From Geobacteraceae bacterium (GTDB taxonomy: Bacteria > Desulfobacterota > Desulfuromonadia > Geobacterales > Geobacteraceae): a stretch of DNA of 42,118 nucleotides. Position numbers and translations under genes: made by a program. Below the pieces are notes generated by a model, which saw nothing but the letters and a program-made list of their open reading frames with translations, ran no database searches and was not told the origin of the DNA. Positions 8,641-18,348 of this stretch are shown here, piece after piece. The DNA is taken from contig JBGPID010000001.1 of the NCBI GenBank assembly GCA_041484725.1, forward strand, positions 1 through 42,118. The letters are read 5' to 3'. Every line of letters begins with the position of its first letter. Within the stretch, counting starts at the first letter, position 1.

Positions 8641-11523
8641 TCATGCATCTATTCTGAAGCTTCTCATGGCAATTGCTAATTTACGGCTATCACCATCGTC
8701 AGGCATTCTTGAATCAGGGAGCTCAAGCTCTAGTTTATTGTGTCCGACTTGGAAGTTTTGAGCCTGCATGCTTAATTCGATATGGCGGCCGTCTTTAACT
8801 TCATCGAATATTTTTTTTCCATTCAGCCTAGCGATTATGCGTTGTTCCCCAAGCGTGTCGATAAGTAATGTCAGAGTTCCACATGCAGGCATGGTTTCAG
8901 GGCAATCAAATTGCATTGCCGCAGTATCCCCATCTGTCCAGCGGAATTGAGGTTCTATCCCGCTAAAACCTTTCCATTCAATATAATTGGATTTGTAATC
9001 TATTACTACACCTGGATAAATACTCGTTAAGTCTGGTGAAACGGAGTAGGTCGGGTGATTTATTGAAATTGCAGCGGCAATGTTTACGAGACTAACTCCC
9101 ACCTCACTAGGAATTAAAGGGGCAATGGAAGAGATGAGCTCCTTAACGATAGTGCTCGGGTTTTTTTGCAATGGAATACTCTGCGTGAATTGTCTTTCAT
9201 TTTTTCCAATCAGCCTTTTTTTGCCGCTGACTGCTTCTGTGGTCTTGGCATAAACATCCGCAACTGAGATTTCACTCAAGCAAAAAACAGCATTAGGGCA
9301 ATCTGATCGCTTTGCACCGTGACAGGGGGCACATTCGGCAGCCCTATGGATGACATAACTGTCATTAAACTGTGGCGCCCATTCGGAAGGTAACTCGTGT
9401 CCGGAGTAAAGACCAATAACCGTAAGCCCCAAATAGGAAGCCAAATGCGCGCCACCGGAGTTATTACTTACACAAACAGAGTTACCTGAAAGCGATCGTG
9501 TTAACCCAGAGAAGTCAAGACCTATGTTGACATGCAATTTGCCGTCTGACTTAAATCCAAACTCCGAAGCTTCATTGTGGTTAGCAAAGTAAACATTAAT
9601 AATCCGTACGTTTGGATCACCCACGAGCAAATCCACAAGTGCAATAAAATTTGATTTATTCCATTCTCTGGCATCATTGCCAGCCTTGGGAAAAATAGCT
9701 ATTGCTCCCTGTTCGGGATCTTCTTTTTTACCAAGATCAGGGAAAAAGATAAAATCATTAATATCGCTTGGTATCGCATCTACTAGCCTCACCATCTGGC
9801 TAGCTATTGGTGTTATGTTCAATGGTGTAGTCTTGAACGGAACGTCGGGATATGCACGAATGGTAATGTCGAGCTTGTTATCAATTTCCGCATCAAAAGT
9901 TTCATAGCCGACTTTGAGATCAGCTCTTGTCTTGGTTAACAAGAAACGACTGTCTGATTGTCGGCGTAAGTCAATTGCTATGTCATATTTTCTCAATTTC
10001 TTTAGAAGAGCCTCTTGTATGTCAGAAGTTATTGATGGCGGTTCTGATGACTTGCTCTTAAAGAAGTCATATGAGTAAACATTGTCGAATAGATTCAATT
10101 CTTGAGCAATGGGAGCATTCCAACTTCCAACGATGATATCGATGGATGCATAGGGGTATCTTGCCTTGAGTTTAGCCAGTGCAGGAATTGCAAGGATGAA
10201 ATCCCCCATGTGGTCTAACTTAATGGCAAGAATTTTAAGGTGGCGTCTCTTGAAGATAGATGTTTTCTCAATACTCAAGAGAGTTGATACATGTGCGGCA
10301 TTTCCTCGACCAAAATCTTGCAACGCATTTAGTGCGCGTTTGGCACTTTCATCCCAGGAAAAGGTTCGGAAATGAGTGCGCCCATGCGCAAGGAGACGGG
10401 CACGGAAAGTCTCATCGGTCAACGCCTGCTTGATCTTATCGCTAATAGCTGCAACCGAATTGGGATCAAACAGTGCGTCGCTGAGCCCAATCACCTCTGG
10501 TAAGCTGGTTACATTGGCAGCAATTACGGGGGCTCCACAAGCCATTGCTTCGAGTGGTGGCATACCAAAACCTTCGTGGAGTGATGGGAAAACGAAAAGT
10601 GCACAGCTGTTATACAGGCCAATTAAATCGTTATCTTCTATATAGCCAGTAAAGAGAACCTCATCATCGGACAGTCTGTTTTTCTTGGCGGTTTGCAAAA
10701 GGTCCTGAATATTGCCTTCAGGAATTTTGCCGGCAAATACTAATTGATAGCCTTGTCGTACTTTGATCGGCAACTGTGCGTAAGCCATGATCAGCCGGTG
10801 GAGATTTTTAGTAGCATCAGCACCTCCTGTATACATGACAAATGGTTTGCTAATGCCTAATTTATCCCAAACTTCTTTTTTCTCTCTGTCTGAGAGATTC
10901 AGTACCCGGAATGACTCGTCACATGCTCCAGAGATATTAGCAACCTCATCTTCCTCAAAATCAAGCACACCTAATGCCTCTTGGCGCGCACTTTCTGAGA
11001 TCGCCAGCAGCTTTTGACTACGCTTGAGCGAAGCAATTTTACGGTAGTACCAGTCCTGATGGATCTTGCTGGATCTGAAATGTTCATCAGGGCTAATGAG
11101 CGGAATCAAATCGTACAAAATGACAGCAGTGCGCACGTTATTGTCCAGTATTCCTATACTACCAACAGCGTCATCTCCGAATCCCTCAAAAAGACTCGTA
11201 ATCAGAACCACATCAGGGCAAAGACTCGCCAAAAAAGCTTCGCGCATTCTTTCGGCGACCTCTCGACGCCAATGGTTGGCTGGGTCGACCTCTTTTGTCG
11301 GGCCAAGAGCATGCCAGACACGAATATTTTCTTGTGGCAATAGACTGTTAAAGTCGGCACAGATTAATTCAATCGTTTCTGGGAAAAGTCCATTTAAGGC
11401 AAGAATTATTTCATGATCTCCGTGATTTCTTACTATAGCCTTCGCTAAGGAAAGAGTGTAACGGCCGATACCACGGAATCGACTTCCAGTTTGCGCACCC
11501 TGCATGTCGATGACGATACGCAT
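8641..11523 (-). CDS. three-part glycosyltransferase: N-terminal GT4 + central GT9 (heptosyltransferase-like) + C-terminal ~150-aa uncharacterised domain
   Basis: 960-aa ORF. GT4: [12 protein letters not shown]...[35 protein letters not shown]9: [29 protein letters not shown]...[24 protein letters not shown]...CAPCH. The C-terminal part ([17 protein letters not shown]...LNGKKI...) has no motif I recognise. Confidence 0.8.
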   Translation of the reverse strand: MRIVIDMQGAQTGSRFRGIGRYTLSLAKAIVRNHGDHEIILALNGLFPETIELICADFNSLLPQENIRVWHALGPTKEVDPANHWRREVAERMREAFLASLCPDVVLITSLFEGFGDDAVGSIGILDNNVRTAVILYDLIPLISPDEHFRSSKIHQDWYYRKIASLKRSQKLLAISESARQEALGVLDFEEDEVANISGACDESFRVLNLSDREKKEVWDKLGISKPFVMYTGGADATKNLHRLIMAYAQLPIKVRQGYQLVFAGKIPEGNIQDLLQTAKKNRLSDDEVLFTGYIEDNDLIGLYNSCALFVFPSLHEGFGMPPLEAMACGAPVIAANVTSLPEVIGLSDALFDPNSVAAISDKIKQALTDETFRARLLAHGRTHFRTFSWDESAKRALNALQDFGRGNAAHVSTLLSIEKTSIFKRRHLKILAIKLDHMGDFILAIPALAKLKARYPYASIDIIVGSWNAPIAQELNLFDNVYSYDFFKSKSSEPPSITSDIQEALLKKLRKYDIAIDLRRQSDSRFLLTKTRADLKVGYETFDAEIDNKLDITIRAYPDVPFKTTPLNITPIASQMVRLVDAIPSDINDFIFFPDLGKKEDPEQGAIAIFPKAGNDAREWNKSNFIALVDLLVGDPNVRIINVYFANHNEASEFGFKSDGKLHVNIGLDFSGLTRSLSGNSVCVSNNSGGAHLASYLGLTVIGLYSGHELPSEWAPQFNDSYVIHRAAECAPCHGAKRSDCPNAVFCLSEISVADVYAKTTEAVSGKKRLIGKNERQFTQSIPLQKNPSTIVKELISSIAPLIPSEVGVSLVNIAAAISINHPTYSVSPDLTSIYPGVVIDYKSNYIEWKGFSGIEPQFRWTDGDTAAMQFDCPETMPACGTLTLLIDTLGEQRIIARLNGKKIFDEVKDGRHIELSMQAQNFQVGHNKLELELPDSRMPDDGDSRKLAIAMRSFRIDA

Positions 11524-13610
11524 CAGATCGTTCCCCTTTTTTTTGAATTTTCCACTGTTTGAGATAAATTAGCAAAAATCCGTTGTGCGGGTAGAGAAAG
11601 ACTGGATGTATCCGGTTTTGGTAGGGCTGCGGGTGGAGCGGGGGGCTTAGCTTGTGCCTTGTTTCCTGCGATATTGTGCTCCATGTCGTTGATTGAGACT
11701 TGGAGTGCACCCATTGCATGCTCCAGGTTCGCCAATCGTTGGGTGGATTCCTGTTCCAGCCTTGTCAGTAGTTGTGCAATACAACCAAGGGCATTCTCCA
11801 ACCGGTTAAGTTGTTGTTGCGTCCGCTGCCGGCTGAACCAACCTGGAAAGAGGAGAGCCAATAACTTGTGTTTGCTCTTATGTTTCCGCAGTACACCATC
11901 AAGCCCTGTAAGTTTCAGACCACTGAGCTGTGCTTCCTCTGACCCTGCCAATTGAACTAAAACAGATTCCTTGCTGTACCCTTTGCGCAGCCTGCCCAGA
12001 TAGTATTTCCTCCCCGCCGGATCAGGCTCTCGTCCGAGCAACGTGAGATATGCTCTACGGACAAACTGTTCATCATAGCAGGCAAGAAGATCATCGACGG
12101 TTTCGACAGCGGTCACATTTTTTCTAATGGTGTTGGTGGTCATACTTGCACTCTCTTGAGGAATTTGATAATGATCGGGTTCAAGAAACTGGTTTGTTGT
12201 TTCAACAGGAATGTGGACAAGATTATCAGGCGTGGGGATGACTGTAGGTGAAGAACATGCAACTGACGGTTCTGTAGTTTCAAATAGGCCCGCCAGTTTG
12301 CGTAAAGGTGCGGTAATCCACCATGAAAAGCTGGAGCGGATGCCATCCATTTCCACCTGAAGTACTGTCAGAGCCTGTTTTAATTGTATAACAGCCTGTT
12401 GTTCTGACTGAAGCTGCTGTTTCAGATGCTCTTCAAATGCGGCAGCGGTCTGTCTGGACTGCTCGTGCTGTTGTTGATGGTGGGCCAGCGTATCGGCAAA
12501 ATGTTGTTGCAGTGTCTGAAGGTGCAGATTCTGCTCTTGACGCAGAGAGTCTTCCCGCTGTGCAAATTTCTGTTGCAGTGCCTTTACCTGCTCGGCGTAT
12601 ATTCGACGCAGTTCTGTCTTTTCACTTTCTGCAGACTGCTGAGTCATTAGCAGCTTTTCGCCATACTCCTTTTCCCGTTGGGCACAGGTACGTAGCAGGT
12701 TGTCCAACTCTTCACGCAACCTATTCTCACTGTCTGCAAACTCTTGCCTTGCAGCCGAAATCTGTTCCTCGGATTCCTTTTCGCGAGAGGCAAGTGTACG
12801 TAATAGGTTCTCCAATTTCTTAGCCTGTTTGTCAATGATTGCTGCATTTGCCTCTGCAAGCTCTTTGGCAAGTGCTTGTTCCTGCTGCCGATGGCGCTCG
12901 ATAACCAGCGAACAGAATGGAGCGCTGGCAGTTCCATTTAGCGTAAAATCGTCAAAAACATTGGGCCCTGCTCGAAAAGCTTCTGCAAGTTGTGGTTGGC
13001 TGGAAGAAAGGTAATAGCGATTTAAGCCATCAAAGTAGACAGGTTTATAGCCCTTCTGCAAAAGGATATCTTCCCATTGTGAGTATGTTTCAGTTTGCGT
13101 CAAGGGAAGTGTACTTTCAACTACCACAATCCAGGGTCGTGCCTTGCTGCTGCCCCAGCCAAGGAGAACCTGCAACTCCATGCCTTCAACGTCAATCTTA
13201 AGCCAATGAATATCTTTTTGCTCTGCTTGTTTGAAAACATCAGCAAGGGTAATGCAGGGAACCGTAATTTCCCTGACTTCAAATCCTCTCTCTCGATGTC
13301 CCTGAGCGATCTTAGCATCACCAGTGGAAAGGCCGGTCTCAGGAAGTTCATAAAAAACGATGACACCATGAGAATCGCTGACAGCTGCCTGGATCACGCT
13401 TTCATCAGGCCTATCTCCCCTGAGCAAGGCAGCATAAGCCGGGTTAGCCTCGACACTGATACCTCGCCACCCTTTTTCGTAAAACGCCTTGCTTACTGAA
13501 TCAATGATCGGATGCTGGGCGCCGATGTCAATGTAAAAACCATTTTCGACATGGCCGAGCGCACGCCAGAGCATGACATCTTCAAAATTTTGCGCGTAAG
13601 ATATTATCAT
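11523..13610 (-). CDS. FkbM-family methyltransferase fused to a long coiled coil and a DUF4214 domain
   Basis: 695-aa ORF. N-terminal YAQNFEDVMLWRAL...FYIDIGAQHP...GISVEANP (FkbM/Methyltransf_21 pattern). About aa 235-445 is Pro/Gly-free and rich in E/Q/K/L/A. C-terminal FVRRAYLTLLGREPDPAGRKYYLGRLRKGYSKESVLVQLAGSEEA (DUF4214 pattern). Confidence 0.8.
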   Translation of the reverse strand: MIISYAQNFEDVMLWRALGHVENGFYIDIGAQHPIIDSVSKAFYEKGWRGISVEANPAYAALLRGDRPDESVIQAAVSDSHGVIVFYELPETGLSTGDAKIAQGHRERGFEVREITVPCITLADVFKQAEQKDIHWLKIDVEGMELQVLLGWGSSKARPWIVVVESTLPLTQTETYSQWEDILLQKGYKPVYFDGLNRYYLSSSQPQLAEAFRAGPNVFDDFTLNGTASAPFCSLVIERHRQQEQALAKELAEANAAIIDKQAKKLENLLRTLASREKESEEQISAARQEFADSENRLREELDNLLRTCAQREKEYGEKLLMTQQSAESEKTELRRIYAEQVKALQQKFAQREDSLRQEQNLHLQTLQQHFADTLAHHQQQHEQSRQTAAAFEEHLKQQLQSEQQAVIQLKQALTVLQVEMDGIRSSFSWWITAPLRKLAGLFETTEPSVACSSPTVIPTPDNLVHIPVETTNQFLEPDHYQIPQESASMTTNTIRKNVTAVETVDDLLACYDEQFVRRAYLTLLGREPDPAGRKYYLGRLRKGYSKESVLVQLAGSEEAQLSGLKLTGLDGVLRKHKSKHKLLALLFPGWFSRQRTQQQLNRLENALGCIAQLLTRLEQESTQRLANLEHAMGALQVSINDMEHNIAGNKAQAKPPAPPAALPKPDTSSLSLPAQRIFANLSQTVENSKKRGTI

Positions 13611-13615
13611 GATGT

Positions 13616-14358
13616 CTAAGAAACCCTATCCCAGCAATCATTTGCTGAAGAGTATGTTGTGGTTTGTAATGGGTCGCAATCATAACCAAGCGCTTCAAAA
13701 AAAGTTTTTTGTACTCTATAAATTCCAAGGGCAATATTTTGCGGAAGTAGTGATTTCCACAGCCCAGGCTGGCCTTGCCAGAAATGCTGGTTGTTTGATG
13801 TAGCTCTTAGTTTCTCGATTAGGAGAGAATCCACAACTTCTTTATAATCATTGGTGGGCTTTCCTAATCGCCATGCAGTTCTCTCCAAGGTGTTAATTGT
13901 GCTGCAAACCAAGTCCTCATAGCGAACTTTGATTGTTTGTTCTGATAGCCACCATTCAGAAGTAATTGAGAGGATTGAGCTGGCTCTAGCTCCTGTTGCA
14001 TACGAATAAAAAGCTTCAGATGTTGGCCGCTGGTTGTGAATTAAACGTTCATCCCCCCCTCACTTTGCAGCCAGCAAGCAGTTTGCGGTTCATGGGGGGC
14101 AAAATGTAGCACCGACAAAAGTAGGTCCAAGGGGTGTCGAGCTATAGTAACCACATCAAATCCATGCAACTTCAGTAAGGAGTTAAATTGTGATTCATTG
14201 TGCCAATGAATCTGAACAATGCAATTCTCTGGCAAATCTGCCCAATTTATCGCTTGGGGATAATGGACAGCATTTTGTTGCAAGTCATAGAGGCTGGACA
14301 ACAGCATCCTAAGCCACGAATTGCCAGAACGTGGACTACTAACCAACGCAAGTCTCAT
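13616..14358 (-). pseudogene. sulfotransferase split by a 1-nt frameshift in a G7 (coding-strand) homopolymer
   Basis: N-terminal ORF 14041..14358 has the PAPS 5'-PSB loop SPRSGNSWL and ARHPLDLLLS. The frame of ORF 13616..13912 is open back to 14059 and reads GGDERLIHNQRP...IKVRYEDLV...HFWQGQPGLWKSLL. The frames meet at the C7 run 14053-14059 (+ strand). One extra G would restore a ~247-aa protein. Confidence 0.8.
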
Positions 14359-15650
14359 AAATCACTCGTTTTTGGATTTCCATTGCGATTTGAGCATGTA
14401 GCAGTTCCATCAATGCCGCAATAAGGAAGGAGGAGTTTCACTGTGCATGACCAAGTTGGCGATGTTCGTGGCAAATCCAATTTGTTGATTGAAAGAGCCC
14501 CCAACCATGTATGAATGGTTTTCGCAAGGCTTTCAGACTGCCCTGATTTAAAGTAAGTAATTGCATTATCGACTACTTCCCTAAACACCGGAATATCCCT
14601 GGCCAATACAGGCTTACCATAGTGCATCGCTTCAACCAGCGGCAGACCGAAACCCTCTGCTTCGGAAGCAAGCAATACACCAGTTGCCACACCATAAAGC
14701 GCCTTCAGTAACTCATCACTTGCATCATCAAACCAAAAAAGGCGTCGATTTAATTCGGCATTGGAACGCAATCGCTGCTGCAGTGGCTCAGTCTTCCAAC
14801 CCGGCCTGCCTGCTATGACCAGATTGATATCGTGTCCTTGCTGCCATAGAAGTTCAAAAGCATCCAAAACGTGCCCATACCCCTTGCGTGGTTCTAGTGT
14901 ACCTACCATAAGTACGGAAGGCACTTCTTCCATCTTGACCAAGAAAGCTTGATGATGCGGCTCCAGTCCAGTACTTGGCATGGTTGCATCAATATCCGCT
15001 CCCAGGGGGATTGTGCGAAGCCTTAATGCATCTTTGGACAACCCGTATCGGCTAGAAAGCCAAGCCTGCAGATCGCCTTTCACGGTTTCTGAAATACAGA
15101 TCAAGTCATCCCCATAAATGGCCAGGGTACGGAGCCATCTGTCAAAGGTCTTCCGGCGCTTGGGATTGAACCAGTGGGGATGCAACAGCGGCAGTATGTC
15201 GTAGACGAGAAAGCAGAGCCTTACTCCGCGCCGTTTCCATCCATACAGTTGGTCCTGATGGCGCGGCAGCAGATGCGCTGCCAGATCAAGTCCCAGAAAA
15301 ATATCGCCGAAATCCGCCGTCGCCGGTTCGGCGTCACGCCGTTCCTGCACGCCGGCCTGTAGACAAGTTGATGTTATAGGTGCATAACGATATTCCCGGT
15401 TTCGTTCCGCAAAAACCGGCCGGACCTCATATCCCGCCGGTGGGTTTTCCATAAGGTGCGGCAATATTCCGCGCACCACCCGCTGAATACCGGTTCTGGC
15501 ATCATGTTTGATGACTTCAGAAACATCAACCAGCAATTGTTTAGGCTTATGCCCCTTTTCCCTCACCACCCGCCCAGACTTGCTCACAAGGGCACGGGAG
15601 ACGGATACCGGAAGTTGGGCAAAAATTAAAGCGGATATATGACGAATCAT
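14355..15650 (-). CDS. glycosyltransferase family 4
   Basis: 431-aa ORF with [25 protein letters not shown] and [36 protein letters not shown] overlap with the sulfotransferase start. Confidence 0.85.
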   Translation of the reverse strand: MIRHISALIFAQLPVSVSRALVSKSGRVVREKGHKPKQLLVDVSEVIKHDARTGIQRVVRGILPHLMENPPAGYEVRPVFAERNREYRYAPITSTCLQAGVQERRDAEPATADFGDIFLGLDLAAHLLPRHQDQLYGWKRRGVRLCFLVYDILPLLHPHWFNPKRRKTFDRWLRTLAIYGDDLICISETVKGDLQAWLSSRYGLSKDALRLRTIPLGADIDATMPSTGLEPHHQAFLVKMEEVPSVLMVGTLEPRKGYGHVLDAFELLWQQGHDINLVIAGRPGWKTEPLQQRLRSNAELNRRLFWFDDASDELLKALYGVATGVLLASEAEGFGLPLVEAMHYGKPVLARDIPVFREVVDNAITYFKSGQSESLAKTIHTWLGALSINKLDLPRTSPTWSCTVKLLLPYCGIDGTATCSNRNGNPKTSDL

Positions 15651-16306
15651 ACCGTGGCAGAATGCTCCTGGTAATAGGCCAAGGCCTCTTCCACCCGGTC
15701 GAAGTTGTGAAGCCTCCCCGCCGTCAGTACTGCGGCCTTGTCGCAGTTGGCTTTAATAAAATTCGGATCGTGTGATACAATTATCATGGCGCGGTCCTTG
15801 CGTTTTTCGAACAGCTCAACGCGACACTTTTCGTGAAAACGGCTGTCACCGACGGCGATTATCTCATCGATCAGGAAACAATCAAACTCGACTGCCATTG
15901 AAATGGCAAAGGCCAGTCTGGACCTCATGCCGGATGAATAGGTCTTGACCGGTTCTTTCAGATATCGTCCCAGTTCGGAAAACTCCTGTACAAAAGGGAT
16001 CTTCTCTTCGGTGGTGGCTCCATAAATTCTGCAGATAAAGCGCAGGTTATCCAGACCGGTCAGGGTGCCCTGGAAAGCGCCCCCGAAGGCAAGAGGCCAT
16101 GACACGCCCATCTCGCGTCGAATCGTTCCGGATGTCGGCTGTTCGGCGCCGCTGATCAGGCGGATAAGTGTTGATTTCCCGGAGCCGTTCCTGCCGATTA
16201 TCCCTATTTTTTCGCCAGGATTGACCGTAAAGTTGACCTGATCAAGCACAGTGACCTCTCCATGGCGGGTATGATAACGTTTTACCAGGTCGGTTATCTG
16301 AATCAT
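15647..16306 (-). CDS. kpsT: capsule polysaccharide ABC transporter, ATP-binding protein
   Basis: Walker [10 protein letters not shown], signature YSSGMRSRL, Walker B CFLIDE. Short form with no C-terminal carbohydrate-binding extension. Start chosen at MIQITDL (ATGA overlap with the kpsM stop); the track ORF extends to 16372. Confidence 0.9.
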   Translation of the reverse strand: MIQITDLVKRYHTRHGEVTVLDQVNFTVNPGEKIGIIGRNGSGKSTLIRLISGAEQPTSGTIRREMGVSWPLAFGGAFQGTLTGLDNLRFICRIYGATTEEKIPFVQEFSELGRYLKEPVKTYSSGMRSRLAFAISMAVEFDCFLIDEIIAVGDSRFHEKCRVELFEKRKDRAMIIVSHDPNFIKANCDKAAVLTAGRLHNFDRVEEALAYYQEHSATV

Positions 16307-17121
16307 TCCGGGGTTACCCTTTTGCTGATATATCGCTCCTGGGATAGAGCAAGAACGGTCAGCCCCAGACACACGGAAGCCATATATGTAAAGTTATAGT
16401 GGGAGTGGACCTGGCTGCCAAAGTACCCTTCCCGCAGTATTTCTACTCCGTGCACCATCGGCAGGCAGAGGACAACCTTTTGAAATGTCGGCGGCAGCCA
16501 GTCAACCATGAAGGCTGCACCTGATAAAGGGAAAAGCAGGTATGACGTTGGGTGCCATAATTTTTCCACCACTTCGGTCCGTTCGCTAAGACAGCCCATG
16601 AGTAACGCAAGCGAAGCGCCAAACCAGGCGGTCATAAACCAGCCCAACAGAATCTTAATAATATCCTGTGGTCCCCGCATCCAGCCTATCGAGATAAAAA
16701 AGGTGGACAACACTATGAATGAAGTGGTTGCACCGGCAGCCTCCAGTAGTATGCGGGCGGCAAACACATCAATGACTTTGACATTGCGGTGATACATAAG
16801 CGCCAGATTGGGTTCAACGGCGCCGACACAACGCGATGGCATGTTACGCCAAAGCAGAACCGATGAGTAACCGGTGATGGCAAAGGCTACAATGGGCATA
16901 CTGGAACCGTGATGCATTTTGGCAAACGACCATAACGCCGTAACCCCCAGCGTAAACAGCATCGGTTCGACAAAAAGCCACATGAAACCGATGTTGTGAC
17001 GGCCATAACGGGTAAGCACCTCGCGCATCAAAAGGGCGCCGATTACCCGCATCTGGATCTTGAACGAGCGGTACAGTGGGGTATGGGTATTATTGTGCAC
17101 GGTTAGAGTCTCATCAGTCAT
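16303..17121 (-). CDS. kpsM: capsule polysaccharide ABC transporter permease (ABC-2 type)
   Basis: Multi-TM ORF of ~272 aa directly upstream of kpsT with typical ABC-2 spacing. Start chosen at MTDETL (8-nt overlap with the kpsE stop). Confidence 0.85.
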   Translation of the reverse strand: MTDETLTVHNNTHTPLYRSFKIQMRVIGALLMREVLTRYGRHNIGFMWLFVEPMLFTLGVTALWSFAKMHHGSSMPIVAFAITGYSSVLLWRNMPSRCVGAVEPNLALMYHRNVKVIDVFAARILLEAAGATTSFIVLSTFFISIGWMRGPQDIIKILLGWFMTAWFGASLALLMGCLSERTEVVEKLWHPTSYLLFPLSGAAFMVDWLPPTFQKVVLCLPMVHGVEILREGYFGSQVHSHYNFTYMASVCLGLTVLALSQERYISKRVTPE

Positions 17122-18274
17122 GGTGTTCACGCACACCGGCAATCAGCATGGTCAGTACGCCCCAGCAGATCAACCCCACCGCAAAGGTCGTGAAGATCGC
17201 CCTGAACCGCCGCGGTTCAAAAGCTTTATCGGGCTTGTTCGGCTGCACGATACGCTCCAGGTACAACTGTTTGCGCAGGGCTTCGTTGCGGGCCTGTTCC
17301 AGCGCGGCCAGGGCAGTGGCAAGCTGCTTTTCGGCAAAGGACTGCTCCAGGACCAGTCGCTCGTATGCGCTGGCCTGGCCGCTGAATGACTGATCGTTAC
17401 CGGCCACCTTTGCGGTTTCAGTGGCAATTTCCTTCTGTAGTATTTCCACCCGCTTTTGCAGCACCGGCACTTGTGGATTGTTTTCAGTAATCATGCGGAT
17501 CTGCGCCAGCTCGGTCGTGGCGGCAATCAGTTCATCCTGCAGCTTTGAAACCCGCTGCAACTGGATGGCTGACTGTTTTACCGGATCAAAGACCGCCTTC
17601 TTGTTACGATAGGCTGAAAGGGCCAGCGAGGCCGCCTTGTCCTTCTTGTCCGCATCGGCCACCTCCTGGGCGGCAGAGCGTATCATGTCCTGCCTGCCCC
17701 TCTCGTTCAGCTTGTTCACCAGTTGTTCACTCATCTCAAGCAACTGCTCATTGATCCTGGCAGCCTGGTCCGCTGAGAAGGACCGGATTTCCAGGGTGGT
17801 GATGGATGATGAGCTGTCGTTGTTGATGGTGACGATCTTTTTCTTATAATATAGGTGCAGCGCCTCGAAGCTTTTGTCCCGCCAATTCGTCCCTCCAAAG
17901 CGGCTGATACGATCAATGCTTGATGCGCCATAGGTAGCTGCTATGGCCAGTTTATCGTTTAACGCCTTCAGGGCGTCACGGGATTGGATAAAATCCTGGA
18001 CGGTGTAGCTGTCATCCTGTGAGCGGGAAAAACCGGACCCTTTCAGAAACGAGCCCAGGAATGAGGCGGTCTGGCGTTCTGGGGTGCGGACGACAAAACG
18101 GGATTCCGAGATGTAGACATCGGAAGCCATGAAGCCGTAGTAGATGATCGCCGACGTGGTCGGCAGGACAACCGTCAGCAGAAAGAGGCGGTTTACGCCC
18201 AGGATGCGCTGTTTGAACTTTTGAGACCGTGATGAAGGCGCTTGCTCTAGTTCGGAGGTTTCTGGTGATTGCAT
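17114..18274 (-). CDS. kpsE: capsule export inner-membrane protein (PCP-3, KpsE/CtrB-like)
   Basis: 386-aa ORF. N-terminal TM then SDVYISESRFVVR, a long coiled periplasmic region and a C-terminal TM (FTTFAVGLICWGVLTMLIAGV). Confidence 0.85.
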   Translation of the reverse strand: MQSPETSELEQAPSSRSQKFKQRILGVNRLFLLTVVLPTTSAIIYYGFMASDVYISESRFVVRTPERQTASFLGSFLKGSGFSRSQDDSYTVQDFIQSRDALKALNDKLAIAATYGASSIDRISRFGGTNWRDKSFEALHLYYKKKIVTINNDSSSSITTLEIRSFSADQAARINEQLLEMSEQLVNKLNERGRQDMIRSAAQEVADADKKDKAASLALSAYRNKKAVFDPVKQSAIQLQRVSKLQDELIAATTELAQIRMITENNPQVPVLQKRVEILQKEIATETAKVAGNDQSFSGQASAYERLVLEQSFAEKQLATALAALEQARNEALRKQLYLERIVQPNKPDKAFEPRRFRAIFTTFAVGLICWGVLTMLIAGVREHHD

Positions 18275-18348
18275 GGTGTGCTGTTTCCCTTACATGTACA
18301 AAAGTGATTGCGACCTTCAGGCTGCTTCATCTGTATCTGCTTGAAAGG

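Noticed and set aside
13616-14358. Treating 14041..14358 and 13616..13912 as two independent small genes.
   Set aside because: The two pieces carry the N-terminal PAPS loop and the C-terminal VRYEDLV / W..G..G.WK motifs of one sulfotransferase. The downstream frame is open right back to the homopolymer, so this is a single frameshifted gene.
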